A stretch of 64,000 nt of DNA from Octopus sinensis (GCF_006345805.1 NC_042997.1:182094001-182158000); one strand, 5' to 3'; counted from the first letter of the stretch, positions 12,851-25,502 are shown. Notes: generated by a model from the sequence alone, not told the origin. Numbers and translations are program-made.

Positions 12851-13289
12851 TCTCTCTCTATATAAACGGCAGTTTGTCTGTCTGTGTGTCTGTGTGTCTG
12901 TCAGGTTGTACCCTCACCCTGACCACGGCTTTCAACCGATTCTGATGAAACTTGACACACACATAGCCCAATGTCATAATTCAAAACTAACGCAGTGAAA
13001 ATTTTGAAAAGTTCCCCCAGTTCTGAAAAAATTGATAAATTCGACATGGGGTCGAGAATCTAAGCTTTTTATATGCAACACATTTTCTGTCTAGGGGACA
13101 CAACTCGACCTTTTTATCGCCCAAAGGGACAGCTAGGAACATCGTATACACAGAAGTATTCGAGTGAAGAGAAGACATTGCAACCTACACATGCGCCTTC
13201 GTTCCCTAGAGGGAAAGGACTAGATTGGGATTAGTCGTTGCCTACTAGGGGCTCTTACATACTCGGGCAACGCCGGGCTATGCTGCTAG
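12851..13289 (+). mobile_element. Non-autonomous Helitron
   Basis: Starts with TC after an A (12850) and ends with CTAG before a T (13290). Imperfect subterminal hairpin ctcgggcaacgccggg lies just upstream of CTAG. No TSD. Confidence 0.8.
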
Positions 13290-14327
13290 TATTTTATATC
13301 ATTACATTGAAAGTATTGCACCATCGTTTTGTACTGTTGCATTATTTTGGGGTGTAAAAATTGGTCGGCACAGTGTTGTTGAAGTTAAGAGGGTTTCAAA
13401 CAGGGTTTTTTTTTCAAGAAATTTTTCCTCAAGTTTGACCCGATTGTAATTCAGGTTGCGAATATAATATCTGGATATATATTTTTTTTTTATTGTTGAC
13501 AGCCAAAATTCTGTTCTCTGTTGTATTCCAAGTCAATTTTTCCCACACTAATGTCTAATCTGATAATTTTCAAAAAATTACGTCTAAACTGGGGTAAAAT
13601 GAGTACTGACTAATTACAATAATTTCTTCTCTTTAACTGCATGGTGCGTAAATATATCAAGCGGAGAACCACCCCAGCAGATCGGGAGAAGCTACAGAGA
13701 ATATCTTCTATTGAACTTTTAGATCTAGTCGAGTTTCATTAATTTCATATCATGTGCCATTTCTCCAAGATCGTCTTGCATTTGACCGAAATATTTATAA
13801 TTTTTGTTGCATTTCTTATCTTTCAAATGCCTAAAGATGGATGTTGATGTGTATGAGTCTTTTCACAAATGTAATTCTGGAGAACCGAAGAGGCAAATTT
13901 ACCTTACTTTGTTTTATTGATCTTGCCCCGCCTAATTTTCTTTTGCATGCTTAAAGAGAACGGAGACCATTTTCTGAAATATCCATACGTTGTTTTGAAT
14001 GTCATAGTCTTTTTAAAGCATTTAGAGAAGGTCGCTTACGTAGCTGATAAAGGTTTTGTAAGGTAGTGATCATTTGTAAAAAATATGTTTTCTCAAAGTC
14101 AAAAATGCGGTAAATATTATTCATTGTATTCTACCCATCTCTTCTAGCTAGTTTATCCTGCCGCAGTATAGTCATGAACCTGGGCAAAGACAATTAATCA
14201 AGCCAAGGCCGAGATATAGTGTCGAGCCACGCTCCAAAATATTGCATTTACATACACTGCTAATAACTGTAAACGTCAAATATGCAGATTTATACTCACG
14301 TTGCATATGCATATGAGCACGTATGTG

Positions 14328-14445
<118 letters not shown>

Positions 14446-15758
14446 GATGATAGATGTTTGTCTTTAAGTTAAGTTATAAAAACAGTTTATTATTAAACTG
14501 AAGGATTACTCAATAGTTTTTCTGCAGGGCACGTTTTTATTAGAAGTTTACAAGAAAAGGATTGGTAATGACTTCGAAGTTTTGGCTTGGAAGATTAAAA
14601 ACAAGTTGTGGATATAGGGATGAACATACTTTTTGCAATAACTCGTAAGTAAAATGAAATTGCAGTTTGACTCATGTTCTATGACAGTCACCACTTGCTT
14701 ACGCTTTCTATGATCAGACTGGAGAAAAGTAATATTTTTTTGTTAAGCTTTACTTTTCTAATCTTGCGTTATAGAAAGTAGTAACATTCTGCTGAACTAA
14801 TCACTTTCTAATCACTTTTATAGACATCGGCAACATTCTACTGTGCCGTTATTCCTTTAATCTACTCCTTATAGACACTATTAATATTCTATATCATTGG
14901 AATTCTTAATTTTATAGACGCCATTAATACGGTGATGGTGGATATTTTTTAAGCAAGTATATTCTTTTGTTATATGATATAAACATAATTTCATTAAAAG
15001 AAAAAATAATTTATCTCTTTTTTTATTTTAATCTATTTATCCAAAATCAAAAGTAATTAGTATATAAAGAATACACAGGCCGTACAATTTGACAAAATTG
15101 AATCAGGAAAAATTCAATACACCAAAATTAAAATAAATTTTCTTCGAATTAAAACGATTAGCATAAAATAAGAAGAAATTATTTAATCATTTATTTTGTT
15201 TATTTTCTTTTTATTGTAATCACAGCTAAGTTATACAGAATTGTTTACGACTTTTGAGGAAACTGTGTTTAGTATTTTCCACTTTGTAACTTAGATGAAG
15301 CAACGTTATTTTCTACGTAACCAGAAATTCATTGTAAAAGACTTGGCTTGATGTATTCACGCGGAATATGTATAAATCAAACTGCACGTTTGTCTTGTGG
15401 CGTTGACGGCTCAGATTAAGCTAAACTGACAATCGAGCTGTAATTCTGGCTAAGTCTGTTCTGCTTAAGGAATCACCAAAAGTCTCTTTCGACGAACAAT
15501 AAAATCTTAGATTTCAACTCCTATAACACTGTAGGCAATTTTTCATTTTCATTCCGATTTATCCTACTATTACTGGCTAAAATCATGTTCTTTGACTCTT
15601 CAGTAACACATAGGAAGCAAATGCGGATGTTCGGATTTGATAGCGAACCGAACAACCATTTTAACTGTCTGTAGCTTCTATCCTTTCAGAGGCATTTCGT
15701 TAATGTCCATGTCCAACATACTTAATTGACATTCACTTTGTTGTGAGAAAAATACTGG

Positions 15759-16805
15759 GATCTTTTCGCTTTGACCGGCAGATTTTTTAATAATTTCTTT
15801 GTAACTAAACACTTCTAAACTTCGTATACTGGTAGAATGTGTTTATAAAACATCTTTTTCTCTTGGCTTTCTTGAGAAAATTCTGTAGTTTGTAAGCTAT
15901 TTGTTGTTAAATTTCTTGCATTTTGGCAATTTCAACCAATCAATGACGTCTATTGAGGTGAATCCAATTTGTCCGGATCGTTGTCAACAACAATTATTTC
16001 CGGTGTCATATGAAATTTTCCCTGTTATTTATGAGAAAAAAGATATCCTGTGGCCATAAACTGAGGGGTCACTCGTAAACAGAGCTGGATAACAAAACCG
16101 TTCCCTCTTTAGTGTCCACCCATAATTATGACCCTAGTATCGATCTATTGCATTTCAATATGTTTTAGGGTTAGGGTTAGGGTTAGGGTTAGAGTTGTGT
16201 TAGGGTTAGAGTTAGGGTTAGGGTTAGAGTTAGGGTTAGGGTTAGGGTTGGGCTAGGGTTAGGGTTAGGGTTAGAGTTAGGGTTAGGGTTGGGTTAGGGT
16301 TAGGGTTAGGGTTAAGGTTAGGTTTAGGGGGGGTATCTTTTTTTCTTCAGAAATGTAAATAAACTCAATCTGTTTCTTAAACGAATATATAATATGTAAT
16401 GTGTGTATCTGTGCAACAGAGAGGAAAATTAAAACTACATATGTTGTGAACTTAGAATATGTGTTTATTAATAAAAGTTTAATAACGATAATCTTTTATT
16501 CATACGAACGTAACTAATATGAAATATGTCATAAATAACAGGGACAATTTCATATGACACCGGAAATAATTGTTGTTGACAACGATCCGGACAAATTGGA
16601 TTCACCTCAATAGACGTCATTGATTGGTTGAAATTGCCGAAATGCAAGAAATTTAACAACAAATAGCTTACAAACTACAGAATTTTCTCAAGAAAGCCAA
16701 GAGAAAAATATGTTTTATAAACACATTCTACCAGTATACGAAGTTTAAAAGTGTTTAGTTACAAAGAAATTATTTTAAAAATCTGCCTGTCAAAGCGAAA
16801 AGATC
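15759..16805. mobile_element. Foldback-type element with ~277-bp inverted arms
   Basis: 15759-16034 is the reverse complement of 16529-16805, with only a handful of differences by eye. Confidence 0.85.
16165..16329 (+). repeat. Interstitial degenerate telomeric (TTAGGG)n array
   Basis: About 27 units including TTAGAG and TTGGG variants, inside a segment bounded by short inverted repeats (16035-16048 / 16332-16345). Confidence 0.95.
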
Positions 16806-17229
16806 TAAGTACTGTATAGCATTATAATCAACTCACTCACAGAAGCAGCAGTATCGCTGTAAAATTGAATATTAGCTCCAATTTCTTCTGAGAATTAACT
16901 ATTGTACCACTAACATATACAACACTGATTTTCCGACAACTGATGGTTCATCACCTTCTTTAATCCGGATAAATTGGGAAGGGAACCTTGTAATTCCTGT
17001 GGCCGCCGGTCTAGTTCATTGCATTCAGTGAGCCGTGCTTACATGAATTATTTACACTGCACTCGTTAGTGATGATACCAAAATTTTAGAGATCCTCTGC
17101 TTATTTAGCTTAAAGTTACCCTAAGAGAGTATCAAAAGTCCATATCTATACAAGATAAAGTAGAATGGGAGGTGTATAATTATTAGATGTGTTGACGACC
17201 GTGGTTGATCCTGCAAATCGGTTAATCCA

Positions 17230-17520
17230 TCAAAGTTTTGTAACCATGAACGCCAGAAAATCGATGGTGTATCTGTTGATCAATGTTAAATAGGTTGCAA
17301 GGAAAATTCATTTTTTCTTTCTTTTTTTTTTTTTTTTGTTCAATACGGAACAAACTAGAGTTAAATGGTTCAAGCACATAGCATCGTTTCTGTAACCAAC
17401 ATTCAAACAGCTTTGTCCACCCAGCTCCATATATTTCAGAGTAACGCCAACTCGCTGCTGTAAGCAGTGGCCGCACCATAAACGTGATGAATGTCTCATA
17501 AGCTTGCAGTGTTGGGTTCA
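17230..17520 (-). mobile_element. Possible highly decayed CR1/L2-type LINE fragment
   Basis: TFITFMVRPLLTAAS...LQKR weakly resembles the CR1/L2 VRPxLEYAS...VQKR motif. Confidence 0.35.
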
Positions 17521-17624
17521 ATTTCTCCTTGCTAAATAGGAAAGGTAACTTTAAAAAGGATGTAATTGACTAGTACCCATTCGTAAAAATTCAGGACTTG
17601 TAGAAAGAATTATGACAGTAGAAA

Positions 17625-18000
17625 AGATTATGGCGAGCTGGTAGAATCATTACTGCGCCGGGCAAAATGCTTAGCAACATTTCGTCCGTCTTTACATTGA
17701 AATTCCTTTACGGATTTAGCCGTTCATCCTTTTGGAGTGAATAAAATAAGTACTAGTTGAGCAGTGGGGTCGATGTAATCTATGCAGCCCCTCCCCCGAA
17801 ATGGCTAGCTTTGTGCCAAAATTTGAAATTGTTTTTATTGTTGTCGTTGTCGTTCAGGCAGCGAGCTGGCAGAACCTTTAAGCACGTCGGATTCCTCAGC
17901 AGTATTTCTTTCGCCTCTTTATGTTGAGTTCAAATCTCGCCGAAGCTTACTTTACCTTTCATCTTTTCGTGGACGGTAACATAAGTCTCTGTCGAGCACT
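17625..18000 (+). mobile_element. Two decayed family-A SINE copies
   Basis: Heads ggcgagctggtagaatc and ggcagcgagctggcagaa, with partial bodies. Confidence 0.7.
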
Positions 18001-18366
18001 GAAGTTAATATTATGAGCAGACTCCCTAACCCCAAAATGGCAGCTCATCTTGTTTATTCCTAAACTTCAGGTTTTTTTTTTTTTGCTCTATCATTTCCTT
18101 ACTCTCAAGCTAAGGCTCAGAACGATCAAACATTACATTAGGCATTTCTCATAAAAATCACCCAAACTTTATGTTGATTGATTTTTCCCCGCACCAATTT
18201 TCTCAGATTCCAGAATATTCCCTATTTTGATATTATATTTTCAGGCCCGCACAACTCACAATGAAGTGAAGTTTTGTAACGATATCGGATTTTTTCTTTA
18301 ATACAGAACTTGTAGTTAAGATTTTCGTCGTTTAGTGGATCTCTTGCTAATATTTTGATAACTGTT

Positions 18367-18780
18367 TAAGGCAGCGAGCTGGCTGAATCATTAGCATGCT
18401 GGGAAGAATGCTTAGCGGCATTTCGTCCGCCTTTATGATCTGAGTCGAAATTCTGCTGGGGTCAACTTTGCCTTTCATCCTTTCGGGGTCGATAAAATAA
18501 ATACCAGTTGAACACTGGAGCCGATGTGATCGACTTATCCTACGCGTGAAATTGCTGGTCTTGTGCCGAAATTTTAAATCAATATTTTGATAATTATAGG
18601 CGGCGAGCTAGGAGAATCGATAGCACGCCGGGCGCGGCATTTCGTCCGTCTTAACGTTCTGAGTTCTAATTCCGCCAAGGTCGACTTTGCTTTTCATCAT
18701 TTCGGAGTCGAGCACTTGGGTCGATGTAATCGACTTACCTGCTTCCCCGAAATTGCTGGCCTTGTCCCTTCAAGAATAGT
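18367..18780 (+). mobile_element. Two tandem family-A-like SINE copies
   Basis: Heads at ~18367 and ~18600 with shared ctttgcctttcatcc/gtcgat bodies. Confidence 0.75.
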
Positions 18781-19445
18781 TGAACTCAACACAACAAACT
18801 ATCAAAAACACTCACTTCTATATCACGAACCTGCTAGCACTAGCTCGAAAATTTCTCTTAGATCATATCCTACTGCATTAAAAATAGAAGTACACAGTGA
18901 ATAATTCAGTCTTTTATACACTATACATGAGAATAGGAAAAGATGGGATGGTCACAGTTGATTTATCTTTGATTATAGGTTTGCTCAGTCAAACAATATA
19001 TGGCACGAGTCTAAACAATACATTGTTACTCATCGATTTTATTGTGTTCTCGTTGCTTACAAGGATGATTATTTTCTAATTTGTGGTATCTGTTTTCAGC
19101 TAGGTGCACTATGCCAGTCAAGAGTTTCATGGCTGCGAAAATAACACGATATGAATGAGAGGTTACAAGCCACCGATCTCTCGGTTCGTTCGCACTCTCT
19201 GAATTGAATCAACTATCAGCTCCTAACACTAAAACTATTATACTTGTAGGCTCTTTTACATTGGCACAGGCCCACAATTTTATACATATAAAATATAATC
19301 GATTGAATCAATATCAGCTGTAACTGGTACTTGTTACATCAATAAAGTTAACTTCGGTGAGATTCGAAATCAGACTCTAAAATGCAACTAAATTCTGTTT
19401 GGCATTTATTTAGCCGGGTACTTTGCTAAGTTGGTGAATCCATCT

Positions 19446-19697
19446 GTTTCTTTATTACCCACAAGGGGCTAAACATAGAGGGGACAAACAAGGACAGACA
19501 AACGGATTAAGTCGATTACATCGACCCCAGTGCGTAACTGGTACTTAATTTATCGACCCCGAAAGGTTGAAAGGCAAAGTCGACCTCGGCGGAATTTGAA
19601 CTCAGATCATAAAGACGGACGAAATGTCATAAAGACAGACGAAATGCGGCTACGCATTTCGCCTGGCGGCTAACGATTCTGCCAGCGCGCCGCCTTC
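19446..19697 (-). mobile_element. SINE family A with 18-bp TSD
   Basis: TSD aagttggtgaatccatct at 19428-19445 and 19698-19715. A small internal duplication lies near 19608-19647. Confidence 0.92.
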
Positions 19698-20366
19698 AAG
19701 TTGGTGAATCCATCTCTCTACTAATAAACTCTAATATTATTTTAATTCTGTGAAAACTCATGATTCAAGTTGTCTTGTAAACAGAGCTTGATTGGTTACT
19801 AAGAATTCGCAATTAATATGCATACCGCGAAAAATCACTTTTGCTTACATCAATCAAGTTTGACAGATACTATTAAATGAACGAGAAACCAATAAATACG
19901 AAGCATGAGCCATAAGGTTTAACATCGTCGATATTTTGAGCCATAAACTTTTCACATTTGTTTCGCATGATGAATGTCAGCATCCTAGTCAGATGTATCT
20001 GAGCATATGACAAGAACATTGCCGGATCAACGACGTAACTAAGGTGCTAGAATCACGTCAATCAGAATTCACGAGGAAAAAATATTTGAAGTGATAGGAA
20101 GTCTTGTTCGATTATAAGGTAAGTGTGAGAAGGTTAATTGAAAGAAAATTTAAGTATTCTTCTGCCGAATAAGTTCATTGAATTGATAAAACTTTCACGA
20201 TTGCAAATATTGGGATTTTCAGCAGTGTTCACTAAAATATTGTTGGGTATTATTGGTGAACTCTGTGTGTTTGTAGGGGGGGGGGGTGTTTGTACGTGTG
20301 TGGTGTTTGTACGTGTGTGATATCGCGTGAGCGTATATGTGGGTGTAATATTCCTAAAACGTAATA

Positions 20367-20601
20367 TATTTCTTTCACTACCCTCAAGAGGCTAAACACA
20401 GAGGGGACAAATAAGGAGAGACAAACGGATTAAGTCGATTACATCGACCCCAGTGCGTAACTGGTCTTTAATTTATCGACCCCGAAAGGATGAAAGTCAA
20501 AGTCGACCTCGGCGGAATTTGAACTCAGAACGTAACGGCAGACGAAATACGGCTAAGCATTTCGCCCGGCGTGCTAACGTTTCTGCCAGCTCGCCGCTTT
20601 T
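20367..20601 (-). mobile_element. SINE family A with 19-bp TSD
   Basis: TSD atattcctaaaacgtaata at 20348-20366 and 20602-20620. Confidence 0.92.
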
Positions 20602-20855
20602 ATATTCCTAAAACGTAATAGCTTCAGGCAGCAGATATAGTTGTGTAATATATCAGTTTGGCGCTCGAAGCAGTTCATCGGTCAACCAAGATGCAAATTG
20701 GGTGAGCAACGGGGGTTCACATCTTTCCTTTAAGCAGTAGTGGCTTCAAATTTTTCTTGATGAGCAAATATACTTTGTAACGATTCGATGATGAGCGGGG
20801 GTTGATGAAATCAGTTCTTCATAATATATTTATAGTTACTTTTAAAAGAAATACC

Positions 20856-21081
20856 TATTTCTTTATTACCCACAAGGGGCTAAACATAGAGGGGACAAAC
20901 AAGGACAGACATAGGTATTAAGTCGATTACATCGACCCCAGTGCGGAACTGGTACTTAATTTATTGACCCCGAAAGGATGAAAGGCAAAGTCAACCTCGG
21001 CGGAATTTGAACTCACAACGTAACGGCAGACGAAATACTCCTAAGCATTTCGCCCGACGTGCTAACGATTCTGCCAGCTCG
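20856..21081 (-). mobile_element. SINE family A with gaaatacc TSD
   Basis: gaaatacc at 20848-20855 and 21082-21089. Confidence 0.9.
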
Positions 21082-22022
21082 GAAATACCAAGGTGCTTCG
21101 CTCCGGTAGAGCAAAAACAGAAAAGAAAATAGGAAAATGATGTTCATTGCAAAATACCATGTAAATTTGTTTTTCTTCAGATTAAGAAAGATTTCTTTGT
21201 GTGAAGATGAATGTTGTTATACTGGAGTGGTTAGCGACTGTTAGCATACATGTTTTACTGAGAGTCAGATTGTCAATGCAGAATCAGCCGAAATTATTCG
21301 CATAACAGAAGTTCTGTTGGCTTTTGGTGGTATTATCAGTAAGAGAAAATTTCTTTTGCAGTCATGCTTCATCACTCACGAGTCACCTTCTATTGTCTTT
21401 ATTTGTCAATATCATCTTGTCTCTCAGTATCAACTTGCTGTTCACTGACCGTTAATCCAAACAAGTTTGTATCTATGCACGCATAGATACCGCCTGTTAT
21501 TCGCGAGTTGTTTTGACTAGAATCCAAAATTTCTTTGAAAACCATTGGTCAGATTTTTTCCCGATGTGACAAAATGTCGTTATAACATTTCATGTTTGAA
21601 AACCAAAAGGTTCCAGTTTCGAATCACGATGTAGATCTGCAACAACTTATTAAACTGGTGTGCTCACCAGGAAAGAAATACATCTCAATCGTTTAACGCT
21701 TTAAAACTACACCACATCTTCCTGATGAGGGAGGTGGGTAAAAAGAACGGGACAAAGAAACTATTTAAATTTGTCTATATATGTTATATATAAGAATGTC
21801 TGAGTTTGTGTGCATACATGCTTTGTTATCTATGTGCACACGCGTGTGTGTGTGTGTAGGCCTTGGGGAATTTCTTATTTGTTTAGTCAACATTATATAC
21901 TAAATTATATTGCTTTGAGTTTTAATGTATTGATTTCGGCTACAATCCTGCATGGAAATACGCTATTGTTGCATTTTGAAAAATATTTGTGTATGTATGT
22001 GAGTGTGTGAGCGTGAGTAAGC

Positions 22023-22066
<44 letters not shown>

Positions 22067-22084
22067 CTGAATATGGTTTGTGTA

Positions 22085-22266
22085 CTAGGTACACATACCG
22101 GGAAGAATACGAAAAATCAATATTCTATATATAGTGAGATTTAATTCGGGTATTGGAATGTTCAATATACTCCAGTGACTGTTAGTTTTGAATTTTCCAA
22201 TATACCCGAAATATACATTATATGCTATCAATGCGCGTGTATGTGTGTATATATACACATACACAC

Positions 22267-22352
<86 letters not shown>

Positions 22353-22540
22353 TACACACATATTAATGTTTCTTTTATGTTTAGCTATATAAAACAAAAA
22401 CACTGAATTGAAGGACCAATCAATACCTTCCATAGAGTATCATATTTATTTTGTTTTGACAAAAAGGTTAGCAGTTACTTCGGAGTAGCTTTATTATGGG
22501 CTGATGAAAGTTACGGAACCGAAACTTTGGGAGTAACTCT
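22085..22540 (+). mobile_element. Decayed Penelope-like 3' end interrupted by (CA)n
   Basis: YTPVTVSFEFSNIPEIYIICY and NKNTELK loosely resemble the GIY-YIG C-terminal YNPxTKxCxLCxxEK...LNKRSEL region. A hammerhead core follows. Confidence 0.5.
22498..22540 (+). ncRNA. Type-I hammerhead ribozyme motif (partly decayed)
   Basis: GGG-CUGAUGA-A-aGUU(ACGG)AACc-GAAACU(UUGGG)AGU-A. The core is canonical, stem III is ACU/AGU and the triplet is GUA. Stem I is weak. Confidence 0.6.
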
Positions 22541-23030
22541 TTTACTTGTTTCAGTCATTTGACTGTGGCCATGCTGGAGCACCGCCTTTAGTCGAGCAAA
22601 TCGATCCCAGGACCTATTCTTTGTAAGCCTAGTACAAAGAAACTGCTTGTTGGTATTTCTGTTTCATGGCGGCGAGCTGGCAGAAACGTTAGCACGCTGG
22701 GCGAAATGCGTAGCCGTATTCTATCGGTCGCTTTTGCCGAACCGCTAAGTTACGGGGACGTAAACACACCAGCATCGGTTATCAAGTGATGTTGGGGGTA
22801 CAAACACAGACACACAAACATATACATACAACACATACATATATATATATATATATATACATATATACGACGGGCTTCTTTCAGTTTCCGTCTACCAAAT
22901 CCACTCACAAGGCTTTGGTCGGACCGAGGCTATAGTAGAAGACACTTGCCCAAGATGACACGCAGTGGGACTGAACCCGGAACCATGTGGTTCGTAAACA
23001 AGCTACTTACTACACAGCCACTCCTACGTC
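22540..23030 (-). mobile_element. Near full-length SINE family B containing an 86-bp foreign insert
   Basis: tRNA-like head (ggagtggctgtgt...ggttccgggttcagtccc) at the right end, CORE-like cttgggcaagtgtctt, tail at the left. Insert at 22635-22720. Confidence 0.9.
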
Positions 23031-23343
23031 TACCAACTTTTTCTTTGTAAAAATAATACACACACACGTATAGATTACATTATCATATTATATTCTTTTA
23101 TTCTTTTATTTGTTTCAGTCATTTGACTGCGGCCATGCTGGAACACCGTTTTGAAGAGATTTTAGTCGAACAAATCGATCACTGGACTTATTTCTTAAGC
23201 TTAGTACTTATTCTACCAGTCTCTTTTATCTTATATCATATTATATTATATTATATTATATTATATTATATCATATTATATTATATTATATTTAATTTCA
23301 TGTCATGTCATATCATATTACATCATATTCTATCATATCATAT

Positions 23344-23420
23344 TGCCGTATTTTGAGTATGGTAGACGCTGCATTGTGGAAGACGCACCCTGATTTTGGA
23401 AAAATACTTTTTATAATTAT
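23344..23420 (+). mobile_element. Possible old pogo/Tc1-mariner-type terminal repeat
   Basis: ccgtattttgagtatggtagacgc...gaagacgcaccctgattttgg resembles CCGTATTT...TAAGACGCACC-type TIRs recalled from memory. No partner end found. Confidence 0.35.
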
Positions 23421-23943
23421 CAAAGTCCTCAACACACGATCAGGCAGTGTCCGGTGGTCACGCACTAAATGCTTTGCAAGCAGACTAGCGGAGTGCTCAT
23501 ACCTGTCGTTGAGTGAAATCATCAGGCAATGGCCACCTACTTGCTGGTTTGCATCCTGGTATCATTGTAGTGTATGTTCGTTTTAGCTGTCTTGCTTATT
23601 TATTCATGCGATACACTATGGTGAGCGTACAACATCCGCCGCTGCAGACCATTTACCAGCTACCGGCATTTCAAATACGGCTGTCACCCGCGCGTACAAT
23701 CACACCGTCGGGCACTGCTCGATTGTGTGATCCAACCTTAACCAACACTAGTTGTTTATCAGTCATTATATCATCAATTTTTGATAGAGAATCTGTAAAA
23801 GAAGCGGAAGTCTTGTATGTAACACTCCTTTTCTACGGGCTGTAATGTTTACATTCTTTGATTTTTCTTTTCTTTTTTAGGTTCTCTTTTAAATCTTATC
23901 CGTATGACGACGATGAAAAGTATTTTCCATTAGTAGAAGGAAA

Positions 23944-24025
<82 letters not shown>

Positions 24026-24722
24026 TGTCTATGTTTACTTACTTTGAATAAAAAAAGTAAAAGCAGAAAGCAATTTAGTACAAGTCAGACGGATTAAAAG
24101 TTTCAAGTTAGTAAACAATAAAAATTACAACTAGAAAAATTGAAAATTTCTTCAAATCATGTCTAGTGAAACAGTCAAATTCATTTTATTCAAATCCTAG
24201 AACTCATCGCTACTGAATTGATCACCAAGCTTCAAATCATTGCGAGAGAAAACATCACCATCATCACTGTTACAATAAATGCCGTTTACAGTTAGTATCG
24301 TGTCATGATTCCCTGCCATCATCCATTTATTCCACTGCCCCCTCATCTTATTCTTAAATGAACTTACTAATGCTGACACCTAGTGGTTCAAACAAGAATG
24401 TCAGACCACCGGGATTTACTGCCAGCTGTGTTTCGTTTCTTTGATAGCATCTTTGGTGTTTCCAGACTGTAAGCTCTAAACTGATCCCTTACGAATAGTG
24501 ATATTTTTCAGTGCAGGCCATTAGATCGCTTGAACCATACTTTTTCCAACCATAGAAGTTGTCTCGAACTCTGATAGAGTTCGGAACAACTTTGTGTCCT
24601 AACATTAATAATAAATTTATGAAAATTTACTATTTTCTCTTTTTATTCGACGGGCATTTTCTGAGTTAACTTAGTTGCTGTTCGCAAACTTAAGTTATTT
24701 CGTTTCATGAAACGAAAATACC

Positions 24723-24941
24723 TATTTCTTTCACTACCCACAAGGGGCTAAACACGGAGGGGACAAACAAGGACAGACAAACGGATTAAGTCAATTACAT
24801 CGACCCCATTGCGCAACTGGTACTTAATTTATCGTGCCCGAAAGGATGATAGGCAAAGTCGAAGTCGGCGGAATTTGAACTCAGAACGTAACAGCAGACG
24901 AAATACGGCTACGCATTTCGCCCGGCGTGCCAGCTCGCCGC
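24723..24941 (-). mobile_element. SINE family A with imperfect 17-bp TSD
   Basis: catgaaacgaaaatacc (24706-24722) and catgaagcggaaatacc (24942-24958). Confidence 0.9.
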
Positions 24942-25199
24942 CATGAAGCGGAAATACCAACAAGCAGTTTCTTTGAAATCATTCAATCCTGTATTTGCTG
25001 CCAAACTATTTGCTTCCAAAATGATCGTCTTCATTTTGTTGGTACACGCTATTTTAAAAAAAAATTTTTTCCTGCTTCCATCACTGACGAAACATCTCAG
25101 TATGTAGCGGACCGAGGTTTCTTTCTACTGCCCTGTTTCCATATTCTTTGACATATTGCACTACTTCAAGTTTAAATGTGATACTATATTTGTCTCCTC

Positions 25200-25502
25200 G
25201 ATATCACCGTGATCACCGTGACCGACCAGGCTATCAGATGTTGTTACACATCGCTGGTCACAATGTGCTTCGCATTGTTTTAGCCTTCAAATGACGCCAC
25301 CCCGCTGGCTAAGCGAGGAGGACAACAGAAGAAAGAGTGCGAGAAAGAGTACAGCAGGGCTCGCCACCATCCCCTGCCGGAGCCTCACGGAGCTTTAGGT
25401 GTTTTCGCTCAATAAACACTCAGAACGCCCGGTCTGGGAATCGAAACCGCGATCCTAAGACTGCGAGTCCGCTGCCCTAACCACTGGGCCATTGCGCCTC
25501 CA
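25200..25502 (-). mobile_element. tRNA-derived SINE, family F, with intact head
   Basis: The - strand reads ggaggcgcaatggcccagtggttagggcagcggactcgcagtcttaggatcgcggtttcgattcccagacc (A and B boxes), followed by a body shared with 33005-33329. Confidence 0.85.

Noticed and set aside
13600-14100. Possible Tc1-like transposase relic
   Set aside because: Only a vague WFSA-like word with many stops; it cannot be supported.
16165-16329. TTAGGG array as a chromosome end or fusion scar
   Set aside because: Short, degenerate, one orientation only, and enclosed in a repeat cassette with ordinary sequence on both sides.
21715-21770. CTGATGAG as a hammerhead core
   Set aside because: No stem II hairpin followed by GAAAC at the right spacing.
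24197-24379. Minus-strand ORF MSALVSSFKNK...SSDEF
   Set aside because: 60 aa, no family recognised and no supporting exon structure.
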